64,000 nucleotides of DNA from contig CAVPOV010000014.1 in the NCBI GenBank assembly GCA_963707045.1, positions 62,643-126,642 on the forward strand. The letters run 5' to 3'. Of the stretch, positions 29,105 to 38,100 are shown piece by piece. This stretch comes from an uncultured delta proteobacterium. Its GTDB lineage: Bacteria > Desulfobacterota > Deferrisomatia > Deferrisomatales > JACRMM01. The notes under the pieces were generated by a model. The model had not been told where the DNA came from, made no database searches, and saw only the letters and a program-made list of their open reading frames with translations. Within the stretch, counting starts at the first letter, position 1, and every line of letters begins with the position of its first letter. The position numbers and the translations under genes were made by a program.

Positions 29105-30445
29105 TCATGGGCCGAGGGAGGCGCGGATCGCGTCGACGTGGCTTCGCAGTTCGGCATCGGTCGGAAGGGCGTCGGCGATCTTGGAGCACGCGTACATGAC
29201 CGTGCTGTGGTCCCGGCCGCCGATCTTCGTGCCGATCTCCGGGAAGGAGCAGGCCGTGAGGTCGCGGGCCAGGTACATGGCGATCTGGCGCGGCAGGGCG
29301 ATGGCCCGGGTGCGGCGCTTCCCGCGCAGATCGACCACGGAGACCTGGAAGTGGGAGCACACGGCCTTGACCACCCGGTCCACCGTGATCTCCCGGGCGG
29401 TGTCGCGGATCAGGTCCTTGAGGACGCCTCGGGCCAGTTCGATGGTGATCGGCGCGTGGGTCAGGCTGGCGAAGGCGCCGATGCGGACCAGGGCCCCCTC
29501 GAGCTCGCGGATGTTCGAGGTGAAGTGCTTGGCGAGGAAGTGGGCCACGTCGTCGGGCAGGGGTACGGACTCCACCTGGGCCTTCTTCTGGAGAATCGCG
29601 ACCTTGGTCTCCATGTCCGGGGCCTGGATGTCGGCGATGAGCCCCCACTCGAAGCGGGAGCGGAGGCGGTCTTCGAGCCCCGGGATGTCCTTCGGGAACT
29701 TGTCGCTCGTGACGACGATGTTCCGGTGGCCCTCGTACAGGGCGTTGAAGGTGTGGAAGAACTCCTCCTGGGTCCTCTCCTTGCCGGAGATGAACTGGAT
29801 GTCGTCCATCAGGAGGACGTCCATCCGGCGGTACTTCTCGCGGAACTCCGGCATCTTCTTGTTCGCGAGCGCCTGGATGAGCTCGTTCATGAAGCTCTCG
29901 CTGTGCACGTAGCACACGCGCATGTCCGGGTAGTTGGCGAGCTTGAAGTTGCCGATGGCGTTGAGGAGGTGGGTCTTCCCGAGCCCGACGCCGCCGTAGA
30001 TGAACAGGGGGTTGTACGTGCGCGGTGACTTCTCCGCCACGGCGTGACTCGCCGCGTGGGCGAACTGGTTGGAGGAACCGACCACGAAGGCGTCGAAGGT
30101 GTACTTGGGGTTGAGCCCGATGCGCTTGGCCCGGCTCTGCCAGTCGGGAGTGGCCGAAGGCCTGGCCTTCGGGGACGAGGCCGTACGGAGGTAGGCCTTC
30201 TCCTCGGGTTGGACGACGAAGTCGATCTCGATCTCGCGGCCGGCCTGGCGCACCAGGGAGGCCCGGATCAGGGAGACGTAGTCGTGCTCCTGGAGCCAGT
30301 CGATGAAGAACTTGTTCGGGACCTCGACCGTGGCGCGGCCGTCGGTGATCTGGACGGGATGGAGGGGGGCCACCCAGGTGGCGAAGGCGTGGGCGGGCAA
30401 CGCGGCTTCGAGGTCGGAGAGGACGTCCTTCCAGAGGTTGTCCAT
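29105..30445 (-). CDS. dnaA: chromosomal replication initiator protein DnaA
   Basis: 446-aa clean ORF. The AAA+ Walker A is IYGGVGLGKTHLLNAIG. The C-terminal DNA-binding domain reads RQIAMYLARDLT..SFPEIGTKIGGRDHSTVMYACSKI. Confidence 0.97.
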   Translation of the reverse strand: MDNLWKDVLSDLEAALPAHAFATWVAPLHPVQITDGRATVEVPNKFFIDWLQEHDYVSLIRASLVRQAGREIEIDFVVQPEEKAYLRTASSPKARPSATPDWQSRAKRIGLNPKYTFDAFVVGSSNQFAHAASHAVAEKSPRTYNPLFIYGGVGLGKTHLLNAIGNFKLANYPDMRVCYVHSESFMNELIQALANKKMPEFREKYRRMDVLLMDDIQFISGKERTQEEFFHTFNALYEGHRNIVVTSDKFPKDIPGLEDRLRSRFEWGLIADIQAPDMETKVAILQKKAQVESVPLPDDVAHFLAKHFTSNIRELEGALVRIGAFASLTHAPITIELARGVLKDLIRDTAREITVDRVVKAVCSHFQVSVVDLRGKRRTRAIALPRQIAMYLARDLTACSFPEIGTKIGGRDHSTVMYACSKIADALPTDAELRSHVDAIRASLGP

Positions 30446-30472
30446 AGCCGGAACCCGACGGTCAGAGAAACG

Positions 30473-30504
30473 TTACCCACAAGCTTGTCCACACCTGTGG
30501 AAAA
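30473..30504. promoter_or_regulatory. three DnaA boxes upstream of dnaA
   Basis: TTACCCACA (30473-81), TTGTCCACA (30485-93) and TGTGGAAAA (30496-504) are each 8/9 to the consensus. They lie 28-60 bp upstream of the dnaA start. Confidence 0.55.
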
Positions 30505-30665
30505 GCTCGATTGCGAAGTCCGTTTCGCTACTTCCTTCGCTTTTGGAGAACTCTGGGAGGGGGTCGGCGGAGGCCCGGAGGCCGACGCCGGGGACGGAGA
30601 CTAGCAGAGGGGATTCCGGGGAGGCAAGGGGTTTGTTCCCGCTCCCGGTGGAGGGCAGCGACCCC

Positions 30666-32048
30666 ATGTTGGCAACAAATAGAACTGTCCGGTCTTGTAG
30701 CAAATGAGTTGTCCGCTTTGGTCCTGGGTCCGGCAGGGCGCGAAGGGCGTAGCCCGAAGCGCGCTGCCGGGGCCTGCTGCGCGAAGCGGGTTTACGCGGC
30801 AGCTTTGGGTTCCTGCTCGCCCAGGGACTTGCCGTGGGCATCGTAGCGCGCCAGCAGCCGGGGACCGTGGAACACCGCCAGCGTGCCGTCCAGGTAGCGG
30901 TGCACCCGTACCCGGGCCTGCACGTAGTGGCAGCGATGGGCATCGGCCGGGATCTGCAGTACCCGGCGTTCAAAATGCACGCAGTTGTCCCTGCCCACCG
31001 TGCGCTCGTAGTGCTCACAGAGGATCTCGGCGAGATCGACCCCCAGCAGGGGCACAAAGGCCGAGCCTTCCTCCGGGGCGGGGCAGGCGAACTCGGCATT
31101 GTGGCGGGGCTGGTAGACCTCCCGGAGGTAGCGGTTGGCCTGCTCCATGTCCGTAATCCCCGCCAGCGCCAGTTCCTGGGGCAGCCGGCCTTGGTGCGTG
31201 GCAAACGCGCGCTCTGAGCGTCCCCGGGCCTGCGGACTGTAGGCCGCGATCATCTCGATCCCGAGCTGCTGCATCGCGCGCCCGAACTGGGTGAGGTTCT
31301 TCTTGTCTACCTTGCCCCCCGCCTCGTGCGTGTGCCAGTACTGTGTGCCGCGATCGGTGTAGAGCGAGCAGAACAGCCCCTTGGACGCCAGGGTCTGCTG
31401 GACCCCGAGAAAGCTGCTCCGGGTGCCTTCTTCGTCCACGAAGGACATCGAGTAGTGCTCATTGGTCGCGTCGTCCATCGTCACGATCAAGTCCCAGTGC
31501 TGGCCCGGCACCCACTCATGGGTCGAGCCATCCTGGTGCACCATCATCCCCGGCCAGGGGCTGCGCTCGCGCTTCTTGCGGTGCGCCCCCTTGCCTTTGC
31601 CCCGCTTCACCAACCCGGCTTCCTGTAGCGTCGTCTTAACCCACGTGTAACTGCGACGGCCCAGGTCGCGCCGATACCACGCGTAGAAATGCTTCACATT
31701 CCAGCCCTGGTGCCGCTCCCGGTAGCGCGCCACCACGTCCTGCACTTCCGCCCCCGGCGCCTTGCGTGCAGAGCTCTGCGTCAGGCGCTTGTCCCGCAGT
31801 CCCTCCATGCCCTCCTCTTCGTACCGGTCCACGTAGCGGCGAAACGTGCGCGCACAAAGCCCCAACAGCCGCGCCGCCTCCTCTTGCGTCAGCCTCCTCG
31901 TTTGCCACCCACCATACGCTTCCTCGAATCGCATCCGTCGGGTCTCCTGTAGCCACTCCGTCCGCCTCATGTCGGCTCCTCCACAGAGCCTTCATGAACC
32001 GGACAGATCATGTGCTACAACCCCGGACAGTCTATTTGCTCCCGACAT
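30666..32048 (-). mobile_element. 1383-bp insertion sequence (rve/DDE transposase, ISNCY/IS1202-like) with about 49-bp imperfect terminal inverted repeats and a 16-bp flanking direct repeat
   Basis: The left end ATGTTGGCAACAAATAGAACTGTCCGGTCTTGTAGCAAATGAGTTGTCCG matches the reverse complement of the right end ATGTCGGGAGCAAATAGACTGTCCGGGGTTGTAGCACATGATCTGTCCG at about 41/50 positions. GGAGGGCAGCGACCCC occurs at 30650-30665 and again at 32049-32064. Confidence 0.85.
30792..31970 (-). CDS. IS transposase (N-terminal HTH plus integrase-core DDE domain)
   Basis: 392-aa clean ORF. The HTH is LTQEEAARLLGLCARTFRRYV. The catalytic-core-like segments are MVHQDGSTHEW, LYTDRGTQY and SPQARGRSERAF. Confidence 0.9.
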   Translation of the reverse strand: MRRTEWLQETRRMRFEEAYGGWQTRRLTQEEAARLLGLCARTFRRYVDRYEEEGMEGLRDKRLTQSSARKAPGAEVQDVVARYRERHQGWNVKHFYAWYRRDLGRRSYTWVKTTLQEAGLVKRGKGKGAHRKKRERSPWPGMMVHQDGSTHEWVPGQHWDLIVTMDDATNEHYSMSFVDEEGTRSSFLGVQQTLASKGLFCSLYTDRGTQYWHTHEAGGKVDKKNLTQFGRAMQQLGIEMIAAYSPQARGRSERAFATHQGRLPQELALAGITDMEQANRYLREVYQPRHNAEFACPAPEEGSAFVPLLGVDLAEILCEHYERTVGRDNCVHFERRVLQIPADAHRCHYVQARVRVHRYLDGTLAVFHGPRLLARYDAHGKSLGEQEPKAAA

Positions 32049-32144
32049 GGAGGGCAGCGACCCCATTGACCGCCCGCTTCGGGCCGTTCTATCGTCGTCG
32101 GACCGCCGTTCCGGCGGGATCGGGCGCGAAGAGGAGCCGAGGCC

Positions 32145-32774
32145 ATGGGGAAGGATGCGAAGCAGGCGCAGCGTGCGGCCCGGAAGCGCAAGGAGCGCGA
32201 AAAGAGGGTGAGCCAGGAAAAGGCGCGCCGGCGCGCGGCGACCCAGGAGGAGGCGAGCCGGGGGGGGCTTGCTCGGAGCCAGGAACTGCCGATCGAAGAG
32301 TGCGTCGTCAGCAAGGGGTGGCGGGAGCGGGGCCTCGCCCACATCCTCCTGGCGCGGCGTACCCCCCAGGGAAAGCTGGTGGTCGGGGGGTATTACGTGG
32401 ACACCGGTTGCCTGGGGCTGAAGGACACGGCGCTGCTCCCGGACGTGAGCCCGGAGGACTACCAGCAGCAGGTGAAGGCCCAGCTCTTCAACGACCCGGT
32501 GGAATTCGAGGCCTGCGACCCCGCCGAAGCCCTCGGGATCATCGAGGGCGCGCTCGCCTACGCGGACTCCCTGGGATTCCGCCCCAACAAGCGGTGGGTC
32601 GAGACCCGCCGCCTCTTCCAGGGGATCGAGGCCCGGCCGCCCAAGAAGTTCTCCTGCGGGCACGGCGGAAAGCCGCGGCTGCTGCTGCGCAAGGGGGAAA
32701 AGGCGCCCGGGGCCGTCGCGCGGCTCGAGCGGGCCGTGGGGGCGGGCAACTACCTCGTGGAAGAGCGGGAGTAG
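32145..32774 (+). CDS. hypothetical protein with a Lys/Arg-rich N-terminus
   Basis: 209-aa clean ORF with GGAG upstream of the ATG. The N-terminus is MGKDAKQAQRAARKRKEREKRVSQEKARRR. No family was recognised. Confidence 0.55.
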   Translation: MGKDAKQAQRAARKRKEREKRVSQEKARRRAATQEEASRGGLARSQELPIEECVVSKGWRERGLAHILLARRTPQGKLVVGGYYVDTGCLGLKDTALLPDVSPEDYQQQVKAQLFNDPVEFEACDPAEALGIIEGALAYADSLGFRPNKRWVETRRLFQGIEARPPKKFSCGHGGKPRLLLRKGEKAPGAVARLERAVGAGNYLVEERE

Positions 32775-33139
32775 GCGGCCCGCCCGGCCGTTTCCCTCCG
32801 GCGACACCCCCCAGGGCTTCCGGCCTTCCTGCCCGGTCCCAGGACCGCCGCGCTGAGGTCCTGCTCCGTCCGTCCGCACGTATTCCGACCCTCGATCGGG
32901 AAGCACACGGCCCCGGCACCCCCGGGGAAGGCCGGTTACGCCTTCGAAACCCGAGTGCGAAGATGGGGAAACAGAAGCGGGCCACGGCCGCCGGGCGGCG
33001 CGCCGGCGCGGGAAGAAGCCCGGGTGGTCGTTGGAACGGTCGTTGCGTTCGGCCCCTCCCTGCGGTTCCGCGTCGGAGCCGCCCCGCGCCGTGAGCGGCC
33101 GGGTGACGCAGGCGAAAAGCGATCGGCGGGAGGTGCTTC

Positions 33140-33676
33140 GTGGCAAAGCGCATGCGAGGGGTGGCGGCGGCTCTGGTGGTGGGTCTGGCGGTGGGGCTGC
33201 TCGGCGCGCCCGCGGAGGCGATCTGCGTGAAGGACGGGGACCCTGCGAAGGGGTTCACGCTCCCGGACGTGAACGGGCACCCGGTGTCCCTGGCGGAGCA
33301 CGAGGGCAAGGTGGTGCTCGTGGTGTTCTGGGCCTCGTGGTGCTCCCGGTGCCGGGACGAGCTGGCGTACCTCAAGGATCTCTCTTCGCGCTTCAGCGAC
33401 GAGGTGGTGGTGCTCGCGATCAACCAGGAGACCGAGCACGCCGAACCAGGGGCCGTGGCGGTGCTGAGGCAGGAGATCGGGGAGATGGGGGTGGAGTTCC
33501 CCGTGCTGTTGGACAGCGAACTGGAGGTGTGGGGCTCCTACTGCGTCAACGCGCTTCCCACGAGCATCGTGATCGGCCGGGACGGCCGCGTGGCCTTCGC
33601 GGAGCCGAACTACTACTGGGCGAGCCAGGACAACCTGGTGGCGGCGCTCACCGAGCAGGGCGTGCTGCTCAAGTAG
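33140..33676 (+). CDS. TlpA/ResA-like thiol-disulfide oxidoreductase (thioredoxin fold), secreted
   Basis: A signal peptide is followed by VVLVVFWASWCSRCRDEL, which contains the WCxxC active site. Confidence 0.8.
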   Translation: MAKRMRGVAAALVVGLAVGLLGAPAEAICVKDGDPAKGFTLPDVNGHPVSLAEHEGKVVLVVFWASWCSRCRDELAYLKDLSSRFSDEVVVLAINQETEHAEPGAVAVLRQEIGEMGVEFPVLLDSELEVWGSYCVNALPTSIVIGRDGRVAFAEPNYYWASQDNLVAALTEQGVLLK

Positions 33677-33720
33677 CTTCGCGTTCGCTCGTCTCCCGAA
33701 TTCTTCGAGCAGGAGCCGCC

Positions 33721-34239
33721 ATGCGCCGTCCGCCAGTCGTGCTCGTCCTCTGCGTCGCTGCGGCGTGGGCTTCGGTGGGCCTTCTCCTGGCCGCGTGTTC
33801 GTCCCCGGCCGGGCCGGCGGCCCGGGCCGCGCCGGAGTTCCGGCTCCAGACGGTGGAGGGGCGCGAGGCACGCCTCTCCGACTACCGGGGCAAGGTGGTC
33901 CTGCTGCACTTCTGGGCCACCTGGTGCCGGCCCTGTGTCGACGCGATCCCCCAGGAGAACGAACTGGCGGAGCGGTTCGGGGAGAGGGGGTTCGTGGTCC
34001 TGGGGATGAACCTGGACCGCTCCGAGGAGGAGGTCGAGCGGTTCCTGGAGGAGAACGACGTCCGCTACCCCGTGCTCCGGGTCGATCGGGTCACCCGGGA
34101 GGCGTACGAAGTGGCGTCGCTGCCCACGACCGTGCTCCTCGACCGGGAGGGGCGGGTGCGGCGCCGCGAGGTGGGCTCCCGGCCCGGGGATCTCGGCGGC
34201 CTCGCCGCGCGCATCGAGCGCCTCCTCGAGGGGGGCTGA
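33721..34239 (+). CDS. TlpA-like thiol-disulfide oxidoreductase lipoprotein
   Basis: MRRPPVVLVLCVAAAWASVGLLLAAC carries a lipobox. VVLLHFWATWCRPCVDAIP contains the WCxxC site. Confidence 0.8.
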   Translation: MRRPPVVLVLCVAAAWASVGLLLAACSSPAGPAARAAPEFRLQTVEGREARLSDYRGKVVLLHFWATWCRPCVDAIPQENELAERFGERGFVVLGMNLDRSEEEVERFLEENDVRYPVLRVDRVTREAYEVASLPTTVLLDREGRVRRREVGSRPGDLGGLAARIERLLEGG

Positions 34240-34287
34240 TCTTCGTCGCGGTGGATTCCCCGTGACAAGCCGTGATTTCGGAGTACC

Positions 34288-34941
34288 ATGTCGGGCTTCG
34301 ATCCCGGGGGAGGGAGGATGCTCGACATGCTGGGGGTCCTGGCATCGGCAAGGGGGTTGTTGGGGTGGGTCGCCGCGGCGGTCCTGTGGGCCGGCCTCGC
34401 GGCGGCCGAGGCCCCCGAGGCGCTGAGACACCGGGCGGAGCTGGGCGACGACGAGGCCTTCGGGAGTCTGTGCCGTCTCGCCGACGGCGGCGACCCCCGG
34501 GCGCAGAACGAGTTGGGCGCGCTGTACCAGAGCGGCGGCGGGGGAAGCCAGGGCAAGGCCCGGGCGCTGGAGTGGTACGCGAAGGCCGCGGAGCAGGGCT
34601 ACGTGCCGGCCCAGCACAACCTGGGGATGCTCTTCCTGGTCCGCGGCGGTTCCTCCGAGGCGTTGGCCAGGCAGTGGCTCGAGAAGGCCGCGGAGGGGGG
34701 CTACACCCCGTCCCAACTCCAGTTGGCCCTCCTGTGCACGAACGGCAAGGCCGGGGCACGCGACTACGCGGAGGGGCACAAGTGGCTGAGCGTGGCGGCG
34801 GCGCGGACGGAGGGCGCGGAGAGCGACCGCATCGAGAAACTCCGCGATGCCCTCGAACCCAGGATGCGGGGGGAGGACGTGGAGGCCGCCCGGGCCCAGG
34901 CGCGGTTGTGGCTCCAGACCCACGCCCCGGACCGCCCGTAG
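34288..34941 (+). CDS. Sel1-like repeat (TPR-family) protein
   Basis: Repeated GDPRAQNELGALYQSG...KARALEWYAKAAEQGYVPAQHNLGMLF...WLEKAAEGGYTPSQLQLALL segments match the Sel1 repeat pattern. Confidence 0.8.
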   Translation: MSGFDPGGGRMLDMLGVLASARGLLGWVAAAVLWAGLAAAEAPEALRHRAELGDDEAFGSLCRLADGGDPRAQNELGALYQSGGGGSQGKARALEWYAKAAEQGYVPAQHNLGMLFLVRGGSSEALARQWLEKAAEGGYTPSQLQLALLCTNGKAGARDYAEGHKWLSVAAARTEGAESDRIEKLRDALEPRMRGEDVEAARAQARLWLQTHAPDRP

Positions 34942-35058
34942 GACCTGGTGCCGCGTTGCCCGTCGCTCGGATACTGTCCGGTATTCTAGCTCCCCGCGCC
35001 TCGCGGGATCGGGCGCCGTCGCGCCCTCGGTACGCGACCCTGCTTCGAGAGCGCGACT

Positions 35059-35268
35059 CTAGCGTCGGCTCCCCTCCACGGTGACCGGCGCGAAGACGAT
35101 GACCCCCGTGGAGGGGTCCACGGAGTAGGCGAGGGTGTCCTCGCCCCGCGGGGGCGGCGCGGTGGTGTAGCCGATGGTCCCCGGACCGGGGCGGGGGAGG
35201 AGCAGCAAGGCCGCGTTGAGCACGACGAGCACCCCGAGAAGCAGCCACAGCACGATCGCCCGCACCAT
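35059..35268 (-). CDS. small single-pass membrane protein
   Basis: AAGGAGGGA lies upstream of ATG 35268. The sequence is MVRAIVLWLLLGVLVVLNAALLLLP... Confidence 0.45.
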   Translation of the reverse strand: MVRAIVLWLLLGVLVVLNAALLLLPRPGPGTIGYTTAPPPRGEDTLAYSVDPSTGVIVFAPVTVEGSRR

Positions 35269-35675
35269 GATTCCCTCCTTTTCGGACCCCTGAAACCCGC
35301 AAGGCGCCCGCAGACCCGGGGAAAGAGCCCCCGCGGTCGAACTTCGGCGCGCCAAAGGGCCCGCCTGCAAGGAACGCTCCGGGATCGTCGGGGGAACAGA
35401 GCCCGCCCTGGCCCCCGGAAAACCGCTCCGGAAAGGGGGTCCCGCGCGACGGCGCGGAGCGCCTCCGGGGGCGGGGGGGAAATCCGTTGCCACTAGTGGG
35501 AAGGCGTCCGGCGTCCAACGGGCGGCGGCCTTTTCAAACAACTCGACCGGTGCCATCCTGCCTTCGTTCGCCGGACCGCCGATCCCAGCTCCCTGGCGCG
35601 ACGGCGTTCGGTACGCGGTGGGAAGGCGGGAGAGCGGGGTTCGGGGTGGCCGCGTCGCTCGGGACGGAGGTTTCG

Positions 35676-36842
35676 ATGGCGGCTCGAAAGGTCTGCACGG
35701 TTCTGGGTGCTCTGCTCGCGGCCCTCATGGTCGGGGCGATCCAGTTCGCCTTCAACCCCCTGGGGCTCGGCCCCGAGCCCGCTTCCGTGCTCGGACCGGC
35801 CTTCTTCGAGACCACGGTGCGGGACAGCCGGGACATCGAGCTGCTGGTGGACGGAAAGGCGGCCTTCGACGCCGTCTTCGCCAGCTTGGAGGCGGCGACC
35901 GAGTCCATCCACATCCAGACGTACATCTGGAAGGACGACGAGACCGGGCGCGCCGTCGTCGAGAGACTGAGAGCCGCGGCCGACCGGGGGGTGGCGGTGA
36001 CGGTGAACAAGGATCTCCTGGGCACCGTCTTCGAGCTGGGCGACATGATCCGGGGCCGCCCGAGCCCCGTCTTCCTGGCGAGCGGGCTCAAGGGCTACCC
36101 GAACATCGAGGTGAACACGAAGCTGTTCGCCCACAACGATCACTCCAAGTACTTCATCGTCGACCACGAGACGCTGATCTTCGGGGGCATGAACATCGCG
36201 GACGAGTACCGCTTCCAGTGGCACGACTACATGGGACTGATCCGGGGGAGGGACCGGGTGGCCCTGTTCGAGAGCCGGGTCCTTCGGGGCGACCCCTGGC
36301 CCGGGGGGCTCCCCGCCGTGGTCGCGGTGAACGACGGGCACGCCACCGAGATCCGCACGGCGCTGCGGGAGATGATCGACCACGCGGGGGAGCGGGTGGT
36401 CGTGCAGCACGCCTACTTCTCGGACGACCTCGTCATCGAGGCCCTGCTCCGCGCGGCCGCCCGCGGGGTGCAGGTCGACGTGATGCTCCCGAGCGATCCG
36501 GACACCCACGGCTACGCCAACCGGGCCACGATCAACCGGCTGCTGGCGTCTCGGCACCGGGACCGCGTCCGCGTCGTTCTCTACCCCGGCATGAGCCACG
36601 CCAAGGTCGTCCTGGCCGACGGGCGGATCGCCGCCGTGGGCTCCGCCAACCTGACGCCGCGGAGCATGCTCACGAGCAGGGAGCTCACGCTGTTCGTCCA
36701 CTGGAAGCCGGACCAGCCGTTCGTCCGGGAGCTGCGGGAGCAGCTGGACGCCGATCTGGCGAAGAGCACGGAAGTGCGGGAACCCTTTCGGCTCTCTACG
36801 GTGGACGGGGTGAAGGCCGTGGCGGGAAAGTACATCTGGTAG
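35676..36842 (+). CDS. phospholipase D / cardiolipin synthase family protein (two HKD motifs), N-terminal TM anchor
   Basis: The start is taken at ATG 35676 (MAARKVCTVLGALLAALMVGAI). The HKD motifs are HSKYFIVDHETLIFGGMNI and HAKVVLADGRIAAVGSANL. Confidence 0.8.
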   Translation: MAARKVCTVLGALLAALMVGAIQFAFNPLGLGPEPASVLGPAFFETTVRDSRDIELLVDGKAAFDAVFASLEAATESIHIQTYIWKDDETGRAVVERLRAAADRGVAVTVNKDLLGTVFELGDMIRGRPSPVFLASGLKGYPNIEVNTKLFAHNDHSKYFIVDHETLIFGGMNIADEYRFQWHDYMGLIRGRDRVALFESRVLRGDPWPGGLPAVVAVNDGHATEIRTALREMIDHAGERVVVQHAYFSDDLVIEALLRAAARGVQVDVMLPSDPDTHGYANRATINRLLASRHRDRVRVVLYPGMSHAKVVLADGRIAAVGSANLTPRSMLTSRELTLFVHWKPDQPFVRELREQLDADLAKSTEVREPFRLSTVDGVKAVAGKYIW

Positions 36843-37312
36843 TGGGGCATGCTGCGGCTGGCGCGGGGCCGATGCTCCGTGGGCCGAAGGGGTCCTCTAG
36901 GCAGGAACCCGAGCCGGAAAAGGGTGAAAGCAGGCCGACGATCCCCACCGTCTCGCGGCCGGCAACGAGAGGTGACGCCCCCGAGAGGGGGGGCGGCGAA
37001 GCTCGGGGAAGGGCGACCTCGACGCAGGCGGCCGTGCAGCCCCGCCATCGCGATTTCCGCCCGAGACCCTGCCCCTGCCCCTCGGGCGGGGACGGTCTTG
37101 GAATCCTGGGCGATTCTGTGGGCCGCCTCCGGAGGGGGCCTCGGCTGGCTTCCGAGCCGGGGCCTGGGTGTCTCGCGGGGAAAAAAGATCGCCCCTTGGG
37201 AGGGCGCCTCGGGGGGGCAAGGCACACACTCGAAAGGGGCGAATCGGTGAGGACGTTTCCTTCCCGGAATGCACCGTGACTGCACGGGAGGAGGGACGCC
37301 CTTCGCAACTTC

Positions 37313-37388
<76 letters not shown>

Positions 37389-37470
37389 CGAGGGCCGGCA
37401 TTCTCTCCGCTCGGACCCACGGTGTCAAGCCGGGAGGGCTTCGCGGGAGGCGGATCGGGCGGCTCCGGGA

Positions 37471-37923
37471 TCAGTAGGGCACGAGGACGGCCCCGAGGTC
37501 GTCCTTGGTGACGTCCTTCCAGCGGTTGAGCGTCCAGTTCCCCACCCACGCCTTGAACAGGCCGAGGTTCTTCTGGCGCTCGGTCTCCGAATCGCCCAGC
37601 TGCGCGTACATGTTGCCGGCCTTCCCCCCGGGGGATCCCTTGCCGTCGTCGAGGCGGCGCATGAGGGCGCCGGTGTCGGGCCAGCCGGTGAAGTAGACGA
37701 GGTGGGCGTAGGAGTCCATGCGTGGCCCCTTGCCCTGGGCGACCTGCCCGTCCTTGTCGCGCTTGAAGGCGGGGTACTCCAGGGCATCGCCGCCGTGGCA
37801 CCCCGCGCAGCGGGCCTCGAAGAGCGGCCGGATGTGCTCCGACCACGTGACTTCTTCGGCCGGCGCGGCGGCGGGCAGGGCGAGGGATGCCGCGAGGAGG
37901 GCGGGTAAGGCGAATCGCTTCAA
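37471..37923 (-). CDS. secreted c-type cytochrome-like protein (single CxxCH)
   Basis: AAGGAG lies 6 nt before TTG 37923. The signal peptide is LKRFALPALLAASLALPAAAPA. The haem-binding motif is CAGCH. Confidence 0.55.
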   Translation of the reverse strand: MKRFALPALLAASLALPAAAPAEEVTWSEHIRPLFEARCAGCHGGDALEYPAFKRDKDGQVAQGKGPRMDSYAHLVYFTGWPDTGALMRRLDDGKGSPGGKAGNMYAQLGDSETERQKNLGLFKAWVGNWTLNRWKDVTKDDLGAVLVPY

Positions 37924-38100
37924 GGCGAGCTCCTTTCTCGGGACCAGGCCCGAAAACATCTTCGGTTCCGGGTGAACGACGTCGTCAACACGAACAGTGG
38001 CACGGTGGGGAACCAGAGTCAAGCATTGTGTCGGGGCGGTGTGGTTTCGGCCGCCCCCGCGCGGGAAGACCTCGTCGGGGAGCAGGCGGGCCGGCCGGGA

